Assembly: GCA_011109175.1 (NCBI GenBank)
Contig: RDEW01000056.1
Span: 124,001-188,000 of the forward strand
Reading direction: 5' to 3'
Length of the DNA: 64,000 nt
Source of the DNA: Dicyema japonicum
Taxonomy: Eukaryota; Animalia; Dicyemida
Both the position numbers and the translations under genes were made by a program. Positions 61,965 through 64,000 of the stretch are shown here, one piece after another. The notes under the pieces were generated by a model. The model worked only from the letters and a program-made list of their open reading frames with translations, was not told the DNA's origin and did not search any database. Positions within the stretch are counted from its first letter, which is position 1, and each line of letters opens with the position of its first letter.

Positions 61965-63366
61965 CAGTGTTTCCTAATATGGGTTCCGCGAAGTATAACA
62001 AATTTTTTTTATTTTTTTTAAAAAAATAATTTTTCGAAACTAAGTAATTTAATTCGCGGAGTTTTGTGACAGTGCATATCTAAAATTTCGATCGTATAGA
62101 TAAAGTAATATTGGCTTTGGTTTCACATGGACTGGAGACATGGATTTCCTTCTACCACTTTGTGTTGTTTGCGGTGAAAAACGTACGAATAGTGCTATGG
62201 TTCCAAAAAACTTTGACGTCATTTTTCTACCACGCACCCTGAACTTTCAAAGAAAAAAAAGAATATTTTATGCGGAAATTGGACCAAAATAAAGTTCAAG
62301 CATCCCGTTTTACAAAAAATTCAAAATAAACGAAAAAGTAGTGCATGCTAGTTGTGTTGTTAATTTTCGCTAAAATATGAAATCACATATCATCGTCGAA
62401 ACTGTTATTTTACCTGCAAACAAAAAATTAGTGAAGATAATGTTCGAAGAAATTGCTGCCGCTGAGCTCGACTTAATTCATATTTCTAATAATTCTGTGA
62501 GCAGACAAATCAAGCATATGTCTGATGATATTAAACCACATTGGTTAAGCGAAAAAAAATCTCTGTTTTTTGCGCTTAAGTGGATAAAAGCTTAAATAAG
62601 ACGGGAAGAATTCAATCCTTGTTTTCGTGACTCAATGTTTTCAATTGGTAGCATGCAAGGAACAAATGAAAATCTATTGAGTTGCGCAACAAAATAACTG
62701 TTTTTCTGAAAAAAAATACAAATATGGAAACGACATATCAAGAATGGAAACTTGGAAATGTTCCCTCATTTGAAAGAAAGAAATTTTAAAGAAATTGTTC
62801 CACAATTTGTAGACCATTTGGAGTCACTATTTACATGTACAAAAATTATTTTCCACCCAAATCAGTTGAACTCTATGATAGGGTAAGGAATCCTTTTGCT
62901 GAGTACGAAACTACTGGAAACGAGCTATCATTAAAAGGAAGAAGAACTTGCGTTTGTTTCAAGTGACAGAACGTTTAAAATGGAATATTTACAGCTTGCT
63001 GTTGATTCTTTTTTATCTGATCATTAAAAAATAATATCCTATTCTGACAAACAAAGCTTTAAGGGGTTTGATGCAGTTTTCAACGACATATCTCTTGAAA
63101 GTGGATGTTCTGCTTTAACAAATATAAACCATAAAAACGCGCGAACCTACTGTATGTGGATGAAAACCTACGTTTATCCCTGTCAAAGACAAGGTTAAAT
63201 ATCACATAGTTATGCAAGAGACATCAGCCTCAACAATATCATAACTAGTATTTTATTTTTTTTATATTAGTAAAATACTGATATTTGCTAAAAACTATAT
63301 AAGGGTTCAGCATAAAATGAAAAATGTCGTTAGGGTTTCGTGCTTTCAAAAAGTTGGGAACCACTG
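61965..63366 (+). mobile_element. hAT (ZBED5/SCAND3-like) remnant
   Basis: TIR-like CAGTGTTTCCTAA and TTGGGAACCACTG; H.I.E..ILPA, SNNSVSRQI..MS, FSTTYL motifs; no TSD match. Confidence 0.8.
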
Positions 63367-64000
63367 GTGACGATGTCACTCGTCAAGGCAAGAAGCGTGG
63401 TAGATGAATTTAATATTTAGCTAGAATAGACTGCAGAGAGACTTATGAACTAACTAATCACGTGATCCAGGCATGCTGCAACAGTGACCTCATCTTGGTC
63501 TAATGTTCCTTCCCCAAAACCAGACAGCACGTATAGGACGTAAAATTGGATATCCATAGTTGCACAGGCACGTCCCTCGGTTTTCACTGATTAGTAATCA
63601 GTAGGCCAACTAATTGCAATAAATTTCAATTTTTATTTATTTAACCCAAGACCACGGTAAAACCAAACTAATTATCACGTGATCCCGATGCATTCTAACA
63701 GAGACCTCATTTTTGCCCGGTATTCTTCCTTCGTGCCTACGCGTGAAAGTACAGGACAGCTGCCTGAATTTTCAAGGTCACCTTCCGTGATCTAGAGTCT
63801 AGTCTCATAAGGGCCTCCAGAGGCGTAGGTCCGGTTCGGTGATCTTCACAACTTTAACGCTCCGTTACTCTGAAAGCCCTATTGCATTTCCTCGATTTTC
63901 CTCATATTTGTCCAAGATATGGGCGGTCTCCACACAGCGCATGCATATGAGAAACATAACTCGATGTACTGTTTGTACACGTCCATCAAGACTGGGTGAG

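Noticed and set aside
1-64000. Prokaryotic systems (CRISPR, retrons, DGRs), rRNA or tRNA genes
   Set aside because: All RTs are eukaryotic non-LTR type, genes are spliced, and no repeat-spacer array or structural RNA gene was recognisable.

Overview
AT-rich eukaryotic (animal) nuclear DNA, not prokaryotic. Host genes are compact and split by very short GT-AG introns (mostly 20-26 nt), a pattern described for dicyemid mesozoans and a few other reduced parasites; the taxon is inferred, not proven. Recognisable host genes: ARPC2, MEPCE/Bin3, a SANBR/KIAA1841 orthologue, an ALMS-motif protein, an Ig-domain membrane protein, and decayed copies of animal-type transketolase, GALNT, a LAMP-like protein and an HtrL-like protein. 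More than half of the window is a nested patchwork of transposons: three full-length ~3 kb RTE-clade LINEs (one intact 980-aa ORF, one near-identical copy, one divergent family), Ginger-type integrase DNA transposons, R4/Dong, CRE and Vingi/Ingi-like (2A peptide) LINE remnants, and hAT, MULE and pogo/Tigger remnants. Most notable observations: (1) an identical 26-nt 5'-terminal leader shared by RTE families with very different proteins, often partly duplicated at the junction; (2) RTEs independently nested in both Ginger copies; (3) a strong, gene-associated excess of the CACGTG palindrome; (4) tiny introns with almost no signal beyond GT-AG, in a tightly packed same-strand gene cluster. All calls come from reading by eye; boundaries of degraded elements are approximate.
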